Below the pieces are notes generated by a model, which saw nothing but the letters and a program-made list of their open reading frames with translations, did not search any database and was not told the origin of the DNA. A stretch of 64,000 bases of DNA, from positions 16,611,425-16,675,424 of the forward strand of contig NC_068984.1 of NCBI RefSeq assembly GCF_001194135.2. Direction: 5' to 3'. Shown one piece after another: positions 39,071-54,000 of the stretch; position 1 is the stretch's first letter, and every line of letters starts with the position of its first letter. A program made the position numbers and the translations under genes. Origin of the DNA: Octopus bimaculoides (Eukaryota).

Positions 39071-42000
39071 TGTATACGAAAATATTGAGTATTCTTTACA
39101 TAGTAATGAGCAGATGAATTAGGGACACATTTTTTAAAGTTTTTTTTCCGTCTCCAAATCAAATCACAATTGACAAATATTGCGACGTTTTTACGAATAC
39201 TTTTGCTTATTGCTTATATAAGTTGTCACACTGCTTGCGTGCTTCAATCGCTTATATAAGCGAAATCATAAAACTCAGAATTACACTGTAAGAAGTCCCT
39301 GCAAATGAAACATATACGCTTTGTGCTTTCTCTGCAAACACAAAGGTTCAACAATCCATATGTATGTGTGGTAAGTAGCTTGCTTACCAACCACATGGTT
39401 CCGGGTTCAGTCCCACTGCGTGGCACCTTAGGCAAGTGTCTTCTACTATAGCCTCGGGCCGACCAAAGCCTTGTGAATGGATTTGGTAGACGGAAATTGA
39501 AAGAAGCCTGTCGTATAAATGTNNNNNNNNNNNNNNNNNNNNNNNNNNNNNNNNNNNNNNNNNNNNNNNNNNNNNNNNNNNNNNNNNNNNNNNNNNNNNN
39601 NNNNNNNNNNNNNNNNNNNNNNNNNNNNNNNNNNNNNNNNNNNNNNNNNNNNNNNNNNNNNNNNNNNNNNNNNNNNNNNNNNNNNNNNNNNNNNNNNNNN
39701 NNNNNNNNNNNNNNNNNNNNNNNNNNNNNNNNNNNNNNNNNNNNNNNNNNNNNNNNNNNNNNNNNNNNNNNNNNNNNNNNNNNNNNNNNNNNNNNNNNNN
39801 NNNNNNNNNNNNNNNNNNNNNNNNNNNNNNNNNNNNNNNNNNNNNNNNNNNNNNNNNNNNNNNNNNNNNNNNNNNNNNNNNNNNNNNNNNNNNNNNNNNN
39901 NNNNNNNNNNNNNNNNNNNNNNNNNNNNNNNNNNNNNNNNNNNNNNNNNNNNNNNNNNNNNNNNNNNNNNNNNNNNNNNNNNNNNNNNNNNNNNNNNNNN
40001 NNNNNNNNNNNNNNNNNNNNNNNNNNNNNNNNNNNNNNNNNNNNNNNNNNNNNNNNNNNNNNNNNNNNNNNNNNNNNNNNNNNNNNNNNNNNNNNNNNNN
40101 NNNNNNNNNNNNNNNNNNNNNNNNNNNNNNNNNNNNNNNNNNNNNNNNNNNNNNNNNNNNNNNNNNNNNNNNNNNNNNNNNNNNNNNNNNNNNNNNNNNN
40201 NNNNNNNNNNNNNNNNNNNNNNNNNNNNNNNNNNNNNNNNNNNNNNNNNNNNNNNNNNNNNNNNNNNNNNNNNNNNNNNNNNNNNNNNNNNNNNNNNNNN
40301 NNNNGTGTACGTACGTGTGTCTGTGTGTGCGCGAGCGTGTGCGTGTGTGATAGTGCCAGTGTGTGATAGTGCCAGTGTGTGCACGTGACATGACCAGGCC
40401 ATTGTTGATCCGTAAGATATTCTCTCAATGAAATCGTTTGATTTCACATCAGTCTGATGATCGTAGATATCTGATGAAGTAAGTGGTTAATCATATATAT
40501 GGAATTTCAAGTAACGTAGGGCTGTATCAACCTGTTGATAAATACTTTAGCTCTTTCTACATGTGTTGACTTAAAATTTTCTGTCGTTTACAAACCTGAG
40601 AAAATACTCAGTGCATAATATTAAGTAAGTATATCCTATTAAATACTGAAGCTTCGTCAACTGTAACCTTGAGCTTTATGGTCCGACTGTTCAAAAGACT
40701 GAAGAAGAGAAACAGTGTAAGAAAACTTAAGGAAAATTATTCCCAATCACACCGAAATATGTAAGCCAGTTGTACATTGAGATTTGATTTGTCGCTACAA
40801 AATGTGTTAAAAACTGTGTCACACATTTATATATTCGTTTCTTTGATATTGATAACATATATTTTCATCCATAGACGTTAGAAAACGCGTAATATTTCAC
40901 ATATAAGCTGCCAATTATATCATTATAATACATATATAATATTATATAGAAGTGTTTCATCGATGATACTTCATGATAATGGCGGGCATTCAGATCCTAG
41001 GTCCCCGAGCTGTCAAGCAAAATAAGATATGGATGTAGAGCTTTTCTTATGCTTTGACCTAAATAAATGTAGTTGCTGGTAGCAACCGCATATGAAAGTG
41101 TTCATGATGGGTCTTGTGTAATTCTTCTTGATACCACCCAGAGTTGTTGAGTTCCCTATTGTTCTTTTTGATATCATCCGGCAGTATTATAGATGTTTGA
41201 TATATCGCTAATTTAGAAAGACAGGATCTTCTGAGAGGAGGATTGAGAGCCTTCGACTGTTGTAAGCTGGTTGTTGCAGGTGAGGTTGTGTAGGTGTGGA
41301 TTTTCAGAAGTGTGGTCGGAGAAAATTTTATCCAAGCAAGAATAGGTGACTTCAAAGTTATGAGAGTTAAAGTGTTTATTTTATTGTGTATCGGTAGTGT
41401 TGTTTTACTTGAGTTAGTAAGTTTCTGGCAATGATTGCGTTAACATCTAAGTTATATGGTAGATTAAACCAAATTACTCTTCTTTGTTCTACTCTGACGT
41501 GAGAGTGGCGGTGGAGCATTATCCATGTCTGTTAGCTTCTTTCCGTAGCCGCTTTTCGTTAGGACCTCAGAGCAGAACTGTTAATCCATCTATAATGTCC
41601 GAAGAAATCATATCTATAAGTAATCAGTATACTTCTAACAATAAAACTCGGAAAAAAATCTCATTAAACCACATGGAATGGATTTGACATTGGAGATTTA
41701 ATGCAAAACAATGTAGAAAACATTGAAAAATATATGCAGAAAGGATATGTTCCTTTGCTCAAAGCATTTCCAAGTCATAGTGAACGGCAATCTTTTCCAG
41801 TTGTCATTTTTAAACACCGGAATTACAACGTTGCTAATTCTGAGAGAGGTTGGCCAGTATTGAGCATCAAGAAACAAACTATATTTTATTTACAATGTCA
41901 ACCCTTCAAAAAAAAGTTAAGTTAATTCGTCAGATTTGACAATAGAGAATGGATGTTAATTCATCAGTTTTGACAATAGAAAATAGATGATAAATTACTG

Positions 42001-44417
42001 GGAATGGAGAGATTTGTATGTCAGTATTCTTGAGCATGAACATGGTAACTGATATAAATTGAATTCTGCATCATGGAGAGAACTAAAACAAGGAATTCAT
42101 TCGAACGGATGAAAGAAACATTTTTCGGCATAATTTCTAATTGACAAATTTATTTCAGACAAAGAAGAATTAGCATTCCGTAGTACCTCTCATGTGATTA
42201 GTGATGGTCACAATGGCAACTTTTGGGGGCTGGTTATGCTTAAAACCCACATCAACCAAGTCAAAGAAAGCTAGGGAAACAGGAAAAGATTGCAGGGAGA
42301 TTATTTGTTACATGAGTCTCAAAACGAATTTATTTTTCCGTGCTCCGGTCTCGTTTTAAAATAAATCTTTCTAAAAGATCAAAGGCAAAATTTAATGATT
42401 GTTGATGTAACGCCTGATTTCATATGTATAAAACAGATGCCATTAATCATATGATATATATTACTTTCAAAGAATAGACTGTGAAAGTCAAGAGTGATTT
42501 CTATCTTTTAAAACTTATCGAGAGAAAACAGATTTTTGATAAACCTGATAAAGGAAACATTGAGTAAATTTACTTCCTCTTAAAAAGTTGCTTCAATTAA
42601 TGATATGAAAATTATGCAAATACAGTTATGTATTAGTGGGTGCAGAAGATATTTCTTAATTACAATCCAGTCGCTATTTCCTCACCATATGAAAATCATT
42701 AATTGAATCTGTGCGACAGCTTCACACTAAAGCAAACACATTTTTTTTTTAATTAACGGAAATATCTTTCTCTCCTGTCCAAAATTTTATCCTAGTCATT
42801 TTTCTAAGCCCAAATTAGGTTGTCAGTCGTTGCATTTTAAGTCGTCTAGCCAGTGATCAGCCAGAATCGGTAATATGAAGTTATTTGCATCGAATTTCAG
42901 TGGAATCAAATTGGCCCTTCGGGATGTTCTGAAACAGCTTGATGCCAAAGACTAGAAATAAAGTAACGAGAGCTTTTTTTTTCAGATGAATTCCCATGCC
43001 ATCCACTTGGTTCGACATTCTTGTCCACAACATCTGCAACTGGTATTTCAGATATAGAAGTAATCAACTAAATGCTCTTCGAAAATCTACAGACACTACA
43101 AGATCAATTTGACAGAGCCAAAGCATATCACTAACGTTCTGCAAATTGAAATGAAATTACAAGCAAACGAGAAAAAGTGAAAGATATTTTTTGATAAGAA
43201 CCAGACAAGTGATGTTAGGCAGGAAAAACATTCCCACACGTATGCAGAATCATTAACTTGGACATCTGCTTTTCTTTATATCATTATCGATTCTGTCATT
43301 AGTGGTCTAACAAGAAAATTTAAAGCTCCGAAAGAAAATTTTTTATGCATTTTTTTCCATTCCTCCAGTAATACCTGTCTATATTGGAAAATCTTTTGAA
43401 CACAAAATGCGTGTCATTTACAGAAATCTCTTATGTTGATGTACTTTCAAGTGTTGATATACTTTCAAAGAACTTTCAAGAGATTTAATAGACACGAAAA
43501 CTATGATACATCGTGGTAACTTTAGAAAATAAATTATTTAAACCTGTGGATGCACGATGACGTACACAATTACAAGTCAGAAAATATCCTGAATCTTTGT
43601 GTATGGTTTCGTATTTTCCTCGCGCTGTCTACAACCTTCATACAGTTAACTTAAACGGATAAAGAACTATTTCTGAACAAACATGTCACAAGTTTGTCTG
43701 ATAGCCTTAACTCGACGATACAGGACCGAATTGAATTTCAGTTGAAACATTGATTGCAGTCTTACAATAAGAAACTATGCATACAAAGGGCCGTACAAAG
43801 TAATTTTGGTAAAAAAGAGAAAACTCAGTCCATTTTATGATCTTTGGTAATAAATACCGTAAATCCTCGAGTATAATCCGCACTTTTTTCCCAAAATTTA
43901 AAGGTCAACATTTCTAGTGCGTACTATATACGAGGTTAAAAATGAAAAATATTTTCTAAGCAAAACTTTCTAAGTGATAAATATGTAACGGCAATTTACT
44001 TGATATTTATTTTTCACTGAGGTTATTACTGTTATAAGCTACACGTTTGCATTATGTTATATATACAATAATAATAAAGGACGTTACCGTATATACGTTT
44101 ACAAACCAAGGACGTTATATAGATCTCCTTGACTCAAGTTAGAGAAGGGGTGCGTATTATACACAAGGTTTAGGTTTTTCAGAAGCACAGCCCCCTAAAA
44201 ATCCCCTGCGTATTATACTCAAGGGTGGACTATACTCGAGGATTTACGGTAATTGAAATTACTTTCTTTTTATCTTTTATTTTATTTTACTTGTTTCATT
44301 TATTGAACTGAGTTCATACTGGGGCACCACCTTGAAGGATGTGGTCGACTAAATTGACCTTCGGTGCCGGTAATTATTCCCATCAAGTGGTGGGGTTACA
44401 AACGTATAGATACACAA

Positions 44418-44488
<71 letters not shown>

Positions 44489-44597
44489 NNNNNNNNNNNN
44501 NNNNNNNNNNNNNNNNNNNNNNNNNNNNNNNNNNNNNNNNNNNNNNNNNNNNNNNNNNNNNNNNNNNNNNNNNNNNNNNNNNNNNNNNNNNNNNNNN

Positions 44598-44638
<41 letters not shown>

Positions 44639-44984
44639 ACATACAACCATTTAGCAAAGTGGAGCAAGAAACCTAGTCTCTCTCTCTCTCACACACACAC
44701 ACACAAACACACACACACATACACACACACATACCAAGAGAGAGTGGGAGGAACTAATTAAACATTCTCCAACTGTTCGATAGTTTTAAAGCTGTACATT
44801 TAAATAATAAAAGATTCCATTCCAATTTCAGATCCTAGCGATTCCATGAGACCCAAACTAATTTCCATACATACAAAGGATTTTATCTTAAGAGACAGCT
44901 TTGACGATTCTTCCCATTTTGATACTTCACTCTGGTAAGATTTCACTTATATTTCACTCCGTCGTCATCATCGTTGCTATCATT

Positions 44985-45026
<42 letters not shown>

Positions 45027-48000
45027 ATCCTCATCATCACCACCACCACCATCATTGCCGTTTCATTATTATCGTCCGCCGCCGTCGTCGTCATTAACAA
45101 CACCGTGTTACCCTGTCACGTGCAGTGCATCAAGTGACTGAAGAGGGATGAAGCATATTTGATTGTATTCTTTTATTCTTTTATTTGTTTCAGTCGTTTG
45201 ACTGCGGCCATGCTGGAGCACCGCCTTTTAGTCAAAGAAATCGACCCCGTGACTTATTCTTTGTAAGCTTAGTATTTCATCTATCGGTCTCTTTTACCGA
45301 ACCGCTAGATTACGAGGACGTAAACACACTAACATCGGTTGTCAAACGATGGTGGGGGTACAAACACATACACAAAGATTCACACACATAGATAGATAGA
45401 TAGATAGAGGCGCAGGAGTGGCTGTGTGGTAAGTAACTTGCTTACCAACCACATGGTTCCGGGTTGAGTTCCACTGTGTGGCACCTTGGGCAAGTGACTT
45501 TTACTATAACCTCGGACCGGCCAAAGCCTTGTGAGTGGATTTGGTAGACGGAAACTGAAAGAAGCCCATTGTATATGTGTGTGTGTGTGTATTTGTCCCC
45601 ACCACCATCGCTTGACAACTGATGTTGGTGTGCTTAATTCCCCGCAACTTAGCGGTTCGGCAAAAAAGAACGTTAAGACAGACGAAATACCGCTAAGCAT
45701 TTCACCCGGCGTGCTGACGTTTCTGCCAGCTCGCCCCCTTAAGAAAATATATATATTCTTTTCTACTCTAGGCACAAGGCCCGAAATTTTTGGGGAAGGG
45801 TGCCAGTCGATTAGTTCGACTCCACTACGCAACTGGTACTTAATTTATTGACACCGAAAGGATGAAAGGCAAAGTCGACCTCGGCGGAATTTGAACTCAG
45901 AACGTAGCGGCAGACGAAATACCGATTTCTTTATTACCCATAAAAGGCTATACAAAGAATTTTTAAGACATCACAAAACATAAAGACAGTACAAAACGCA
46001 AACATAAAATCGGGGTAATTAAAATAAAATGATAATATGCAAGAATGAAAAAAAATGAGGCGCAATGTCCACTCGATCCCCAAAGTCGGGTGGTTACATT
46101 TATCCAGTTTTTCACTTTTACGATCGAGGTGTTAGAGACGATAGGTAGTTTCACTACATATATATTGTAAATAGAACTAATGGAGAACCTGCGTTTTGCC
46201 TAATACTTCTTTACTCGACTGCTGGAGCCTTAGCAACACGAAGAATAAGAAATTAATGGGAGAAAGGCGATATTCAACCGATATCCAGAACCTTGCCTCT
46301 CATTATAAATATATTACTAGCTGACCCCGTGCCATCAAAAATGACGGTTAATTGTAGTATTTTGAATATAAATAAGGTACAAATCAAGTTTTTAGTTTAA
46401 TAATTCTTTTATTACCAAATTTTTTGTGAAAAATCTATCCGCAACTAACATCCCTTGACTGTTTGTTTCCTTCAAAAGAATTTTAAAGTTTTCCTTCCTT
46501 CTTGTACGACTTAAGGCCACATAAAGCTGGCCGTGACTAAATGTGGGAGCTGGCAAGTAAATACCAACTTTTTCAAAGCTCTGTCCTTTCGATTTGTTTA
46601 TGGTCATGGCAAAAGCTGGTATCACAGTAATGTCAATGTTGTCTTTTGAGATGTGACATCGGTCAAAGTTGCAGAAAGTGTATGGAGATGTGTGTGTGGG
46701 CCGCACACAAGTGTCCGAGTGGTTCGGACGTTTCCAAGGTGGCCGAAAAAATGTCGATATTGACGAACGTTCTGAAAGACTCGCTAACCAGCAAAACTGA
46801 GAAATACATCGCAGATGTGCGTGCAGCTGTGAGGGGAAATCGTTGACTCACCATCCGTGGGTTATCAGAGGATGTCTAGATTATTTACGGTTCAGTTCAG
46901 TCCATTATCACTGAAGATTTGAGTATGAGACGCGTGTCTGACAAGTTTGTGTCAAAACTGCTTTCACTCGGGTTTCAGTTGCACAAGATCTACTCAGTTG
47001 TGTCGAGAACGGTGAAAACTTTGCGTAGGCCTCTGAGCAGGTATCGCAAAGCTTTTGGCAAAATTTGATGCAGATTCTCTACTCCACTTTCTCTGTTATG
47101 GTCAATACGATGATCACACGCTACACACGTTTTTTCCAAGCACTGCTGTAAATAGCGGAAGTAAGCTAGAACATTAAAACTTAGTTCGCATGCACAGCAG
47201 AGGTTAAGGTCAATCTGTGCCAAGCGGCTTCACTCTGCGTGCTTTAGCTTCGTTACTCTGCCAACAGTCCACATACTTATTGATCAGACCACGTATACTC
47301 ATTCACTTGTTTCAGTCATTTGACTGCGGCCACGCTGGAACACAGCCTTTATAGTCGAGCAAATCAACCCCAGAGCTTATTCTTTGTAAGCCTAGTACTT
47401 ATTATGTCGGCTCTTTTGCCGAACCGCTAAGTTACGGGGACGTAAATACACCAACATTGGTTGTCAAGCGATGCTGGGGGGACAAACAGATACACACACA
47501 TACATACATATATATATATATATTGGATTAAGCAATAACAAAGAACAACTATTGCTAAGTTATTTTTGACAATGTTTTAGTATTCCTAAATTTGATTCAA
47601 AGATTATTACTCTGCAGAGTCCACTGTTGATACCAGACATTTATGTACTTTATGACTTGTAAACCTCTTATTTAAGGCTTGGTTCTAAAGAACAAGAATT
47701 TACTAATACGAAGGCAACCTACTGTGGAGAGCAGTAACTCTGAAAAAAAACTGATACAGCGTTCACGATTCGCTTTAATCCAGGCTCATAACTTCCCTAT
47801 CATTCTGGTGCTGGTGGCGTGACAAAATGCATCCAGCCCATGTTGTAATGAACATTTCCCTTCTCTTCGTGTATACAACTTCTCTTTGCAGCCCTTCTCA
47901 ATTGCTTAACGCTATTTATGTTTTGTTTTCAGGTTAAAGAGTGAAGGCGCAGAAATAAATAAATCCTGTGGAGTTGTGCTACATGACAAATCGGCTGTCT

Positions 48001-51000
48001 TCTGTTCTCCTGGATTACGTAAATTAGTAAGTAAGGTTTATATGTCATTAGTAATATCAGTTGAAGATTAAACTCTTTATCTGTAGAATTACTTTCAGCA
48101 TCAGAGAAGTCCAGAATGCTAGCTTGTGTAGAATAATGGTTGAACGGTTGCTGAAATCAAAGATACTGTATTTGATCTGTAGATAGAAAGGAATACATAT
48201 ATTTAAAGCACTATATTATCTACATTTTGTGCGTGTGTGTGGTGGAAACGAAATGGAAATGCAAATATCAAGAGACATTTCGTTTGGTATTTGTGCGTAT
48301 TCTCTTTCAATGGTTACCCTCAGTTCATCGACTGTTGCTAGTTTTGAACCGTAAACTTTATTTTTTAGTAACCCAATAATAAAACCGCTAGTGGTATGAC
48401 GTCCGGAGAAAAGTATTCTAAATCCCTTTGTTCAATCTACTTCATTGGCAAAATCACATTAATGTAGACTCTTACATTACTATAGCGGCGTTGGGGTGCT
48501 CCATGTTGCTGGAAATAAAATTCTACATCTTCAAAGTTCTCTTGAATGTTTGGCACGACAGATTGTCACAGCAAGTTCAAGTAAAAGTAGCAGTCAGAAT
48601 ACTGTCGAAAAAGAATGATCCAATATTGTAACTCCTGATAAATTGACATGATGTTCTTCTGTAATATGCGGATTCTCAGATACCCAGCAGGTGCGATTAT
48701 GGCAGTTAATTGAGCCATTTAATTTAAATGTAACCTGATCACTCCAAACGATCTCTGTTGGAAAGTGTTTGTCTTCAACACATCTTACCAAGTACCACAC
48801 GCAAAACTCTACTCTTCCGTCAGGATCATATTCACCAAGAGCATATCACTTTTTCAATGATTGCGCTACAAATATAATGGACGCTTGATTTTGAAATTCC
48901 CATCTCTCCACTCCGTTGCTGAAAAGATTTTCTTGAACTCTGAGAAAACGTTTCTAGTACTTTTTCTTACTTTGTGGAGCTTATCAATGACTGCAATATT
49001 CCGGAACATTTCTTGCAGACATTCATAACCGTTCCATGAGCTTCAAACTTATCTCATTAACTCCCTCTTAAACTGTCATTGCACTTCCATTGCGCTTTCA
49101 AATCTCAAGTAGCGCCTTAGGGTAAATGCTCTTGTTGAAATCCATCTGTTATCCCTCATTTCTAATGGGTTCAATATAAAAACAAATAACAATTGTATGT
49201 GTTATCAGCTATTAAAGTCTGTATGCATTTTGGTGTATGCGTGTATTATTAATGTTTGTTTTTATATCCAGTTTTGTATAAAAGCAAATTTAACATTTAA
49301 CTGAAAGATTACTCAATACTTTTTAATAGAACATGTATTTATTAACTTTTCCACAGAAAAGGTCGTCGACCTTTTCCTCATAACATATATATATATATAT
49401 ATAATGATTATCATATATTATTGTGTTTGTGTAAATATATATATATAGGATTTGCAAAGATATACATGTATGCATATATACATACACAGGTGCCAAGACA
49501 GACGCGGGCCCATGCATGTGTATGTGCGTGTATTTGTGTACACATGCATGTTAGCTTGTTTCCACAGCCATTGTTCATTGGTGCTTGTTTTTATTCTATA
49601 GATGTCTTCATTTGGTGCTTCGTTTAAGTAGAATCCAAATGCTCTCCTACGTAGGAATTTTATCACTTTCACTTTGCATCTGTGTGAACATTCGCTGTTT
49701 CCATGTAAGTTTATGCATATATTCGTGCCTTTGACGTAAACGGACGTGATATATCTGTTAGTTTTCATCAGAATATTTATGTCTAGCAATGGAGTCAACA
49801 CTTAGCAATACAATGACTCCATTACGAAACATAAAACATTCACATAGATATGTAACAGTTATATCACGTCCATTTACACCAAAGGCACAAATATATGCGT
49901 AAACGTACATGGAGACAGCGAACTCTTCTGCGCGCATATTGAGATACAGTTTGTCCTGGTCGCGTTTGATTGATTGATTGATTTGATTGACAGATAGGTA
50001 TTCAGATAAATAGATAGTGGGCAGACAGACAAACAGATAGACAGAAAGATAGATAAACAGTCACACAGATGGTTGATCGTGTATTTTTCTCAGGCTGTTC
50101 ACAATTTGAGAAGGTTGCATGTGCAGACGATGACCACATTAAAGTTTGTATTTCCAAATATCTTATTAACCTGCATCGTTACATTTATACAAATGTACAT
50201 TCAATAGATTAATTGATAAACGTTCAATAATAATGATCAGGAATCTTCTACATATAACTTGCTGGATAATGTAATAAAGGTAGTGCAAGGAAATTAATCA
50301 CTGCATATAATTAAAATGTGTTGCTGGATATTACAAATAGAAGTTTGTGTCTTTTGTTGACTACAATATAAGCACATAATTTGAAAATGAAAGAGGAAAA
50401 GGTAGATTCCCCTAAACGGCTTAGCGGCTTTCTGGTTAGGTTGAATTTCCTAGTCTTTTTATAATTGTTGACCATATTATAGAAATTTGGACCAAACTAT
50501 TTGGCGGGAAAACTGGCATATTTCTTTGAAGATTGCCGCCTAATTCATAAGACAACCAGTGATGGTTGGTCGAGCCATAGATGCTTAAGCGTTTATACCT
50601 TTTATGGCGACACTTTTACTTTTATGAAAATATCTCGGTTCATAGTTCTAGACTGAGTAAAACTAACTTCTGGTTCAAATCTCAGCCGGAGTCTCGCCAC
50701 ACTAAGAAACCTTGACCCAAGTGGATTGCAAGCACAAAATAACAACAGACGAAATAATCGCCTCGTGACACCAGAAACAAACCTCTGCCATGGATGAGAT
50801 GTTTGAACAGGTTTATTTCTGCTTTGGTGGCAAAAGACAAACGATACAACTTCTTGTAAAGTACTCTTCAGCAAATTTTCCACGATAACAATCTTCTAAC
50901 GTGGGTTTTGGCTGCTCTGTACATCAACCAAATTGACTGTTTCCTTCTTTAACCCATAAAGCGCTGGGATTTGCATTTACATAGCATGGACTGCTGAGCA

Positions 51001-54000
51001 CATTTTATAAAAATGGGACTGCCATGCACACATAAAAAACAAAAAATAGTTTAAATATCTTCTTAGTGGCAAGTTTTACATCGTCTGAAAAGTCGTTAGT
51101 TGAACTATTAGTCTTCTTGCATTCTGGAGGGTATCAGAGCGTTTGAGTGACATTAGACCCCAACAAACGCCCATAAATTAAATGTATGTATCTGGACCAC
51201 GATCGTGGCCTGTCGACCTGTGCCTGACGGCCACGATCGTGGCCCGTCGCGCTTTATGTGTTAACATACCTTCAAATTGTGTTTGTCCCATGCATGCGTG
51301 TGCACACACACACATACACTCTCCTTCTCTCTCCTCCCCACTTTCTCACTTTCCAAAATGGCCACTTTGTATGGTCCGCATACTCCACACGCCTCATACC
51401 AGGCCATTAGCCTCTCCTAAATATTCGTAGATAGTCATTCATCTTATCCATCTTTTTAGTGTCTTGTCTGGAATGCTTGCAACACGCGATAACGATGTGT
51501 GTGCGCGTATGCGTGCATGTACTACAAGAAAATATATCACAGAAAGATGGTTACTTTTGTGTTGTTTTCGTATGATCTTAAGGTAGCAATTTCTCTATTT
51601 AACTTTAAGTGGTTTCTTTGCATTGCAGGTGACAATACCTTTAAACATTACAAGTGCAGCAGTTATCCAATTTTCACTTTGTAAGTATTTCTTAATCATT
51701 TCTTTTCTCTAATTTTCTTTGCAAAAGAAAATTTTAAAGATTTTAAGGTCTTTTGTTTTCGCTCTTAATTTTCCGATTCATTCTGTCCTTCTGTGTTGTC
51801 ATAACATAAGTTCTACCAGGTCGTTTAAATAAACTATCTGATATTCCAAGAGATATCTATTAAGGGTTGTGATATGTATGTTCAAAACGTTCCCAAAAGC
51901 GTCCCGAAACAATGAATGGATTTGACAAATAACAACTTGGTTTATTCTGAAAGCTTATAAAATTTTACACGCATTAATAATTTAGCTAAGTTGGAGGTAT
52001 CGAGCTGGCAGAATCATTAGCACACCGGACAAAATGCGTCCTGAGTTCAATAATTTAGCTAAGTTGAAGGTTTCGAGCTGGCAGAATCGTTAGTACACTG
52101 GACAAAATGCGTCTTGAGTTCAAATTCCGCCGAAGTCGACTTTGCCTGTCATCTCTTTCGGCGTCAATAAAATAGGTACCAGTCGAGCACTAGAGTCGAT
52201 ACAATCGGCTTACTCCTTTCCCAAGAGCTTACTGACCTTGTGCCAAAATTTGAAATCAATATTTATTACTTCATGAAGCTGGCCACTTACACAGCAGTAC
52301 CAAGTCAACTTTGAGGTGGTTCCTTGATTGTTATTTTAGTGATGTAACTACATTTTTTCTAATAGGTTTCGCAGGTTCTGAACTATTTTAACAAGATTAC
52401 AGTATCATTTAATACATAACATTAATATCATCATCATCATTTTTTAATGTCCATCTTCTAAATGGTATGGGTTGGACGGTTAAATAGGATTCGACGTATC
52501 CGAGAATTGCATCGTGTTTCGTTGCCTGTTTTGGTATGGCTTCTATAGTTGGTTGCTCTTCCTAACACCAAACACTTTACAGAGTGTATTGGACTTTATA
52601 CTAGATGAGAGGTTTTAAGTCTGACGAAATTGGTGAGAACAGAAAGTTTCTAGCATCAGAGGAGCTGCATGGTTATTTATATTCCAGAAGACTGAGTGAT
52701 CCACCATATATATATATATGATAATATGACATGCACACTTAGCAGGCCCGTCACCTGGGACCTGGAGGTGCTTCAGAATATTCTAGGTGGGCACTAATTT
52801 GCATTGTGGGAAGATTTTTGTAAACTGTATTTTCTAAATCTGAAGATGCACCATTGAATAGTGAAGGGACATTACCTTAGCGATGGAAATGATTTTTTAT
52901 GTGTAGGTAAAATACAGCCCCCGTTGAAGTCAAAACAAAATTGTGTTATTTGCTTATTGCTTCTTCTTTTTCTTACATTCAGCTTCTGGAAATTGTACTA
53001 ATGTCGGCCCTGTTGACAATGATATTGTGTTTTCCTATGGTATTAATGCCTGTTCCAATTGGGTTGAAATCGAAAGAATTCCGTAAGTTATATTTTTTTA
53101 AATATACTATAATTTTCAACACCAAATCTAGTTTCTTTGTTTTCATTCTGAATTATAACTCCAATATATAATGGTTTATTGACTTCCTTCTAAAAAAATT
53201 AGATGTCAAATAGTTTCAAGAATTTTGTTGAGTTCCTCAAACCTGGTCGTCTTTTATTTCAACAAATTTGGAAATTAACAGTAACATCATTTCACCAATC
53301 CAGCTAATATATTTTTTTATTCTCATTTTCATTTTCTCTAAATTATCCTGATCTCAACTATAATCTGCTTCCTATATTTCATGAGAGGGATCTAGCATTA
53401 ATTTTGCCGACAATATGAGTTCGTTTTATATCTTTGTCATTTTATATTTGAATTATTTACCTTGATTTATTGTGTGCAATATTGTGGCGATACTACTTTG
53501 TACAAATTGAGCCTGTTTTGGGTTTTACTTTTCTTTTTGTACTTGTTTCCTCAAATTAAATCCTATTTTTGTCAGTTATAATTACGAAAACCTCAACTAC
53601 TTCTTGAACTGATAGTCAACTGCAAAGCGGTGCAGTATAGATTCTTCAAATCTATAAATTTCTCGTAATTTCTCTATTCAACCTTATGGATAAATAAACA
53701 ACACATTCAGGCGTGACAGTTCAGATTGAATCGTCAACAGGTGAATTTTCAGATTCTGGTTTATCGTATATAATATGCCACGATGTAATGAGTTATTTAA
53801 TAAGAAATTGAAGGTTCAGACTTGAACTTTTGGGAGGTAATATTTAATCACTGGCATAGCTGTGGGAGGGTCCGCCTCGGGCGGCACTTTTCATCCTGTT
53901 GTAGGCTATTGCTGTAGACAATATGTGCTTTTTGTGAGGTCCGGAGACAGGAAATGGAAGGGCTGCCCCGAGCGGCACGCACTCTGGCTACGCTAGTGTG

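Larger units (their letters stand above)
3388..44597. other. Assembly gaps (N runs) at 3388-3835, 5221-5647, 10047-11017, 13515-13693, 14232-14241, 16697-16706, 16888-17415, 20065-20613, 25585-25878, 26340-26523, 30994-31014, 33840-34041, 39523-40304, 44489-44597
   Basis: N characters in the sequence; most gaps abut microsatellites, as expected for a short-read scaffold. Confidence 0.99.

Noticed and set aside
40453-40478. AG...GTAAGT-bounded 26-nt segment in RELN intron 3
   Set aside because: In the required phase it reads GTC TGA (stop) and it is not a multiple of 3; there is no similarity to reelin.
3243-44761. Long ORFs made mostly of X residues (e.g. 9943-11070, 16495-17457, 19848-20705, 39244-40428)
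   Set aside because: They run through N-gaps and dinucleotide repeats and are artefacts of having no stop codons in N runs.
46392-46706. Host PIF1 helicase gene
   Set aside because: Intronless 5'-truncated fragment followed by a Helitron hairpin and CTAG terminus; it is transposon-derived.
50602-50883. 93-aa minus-strand ORF
   Set aside because: No recognisable domain, no splice context, and the length is expected by chance.
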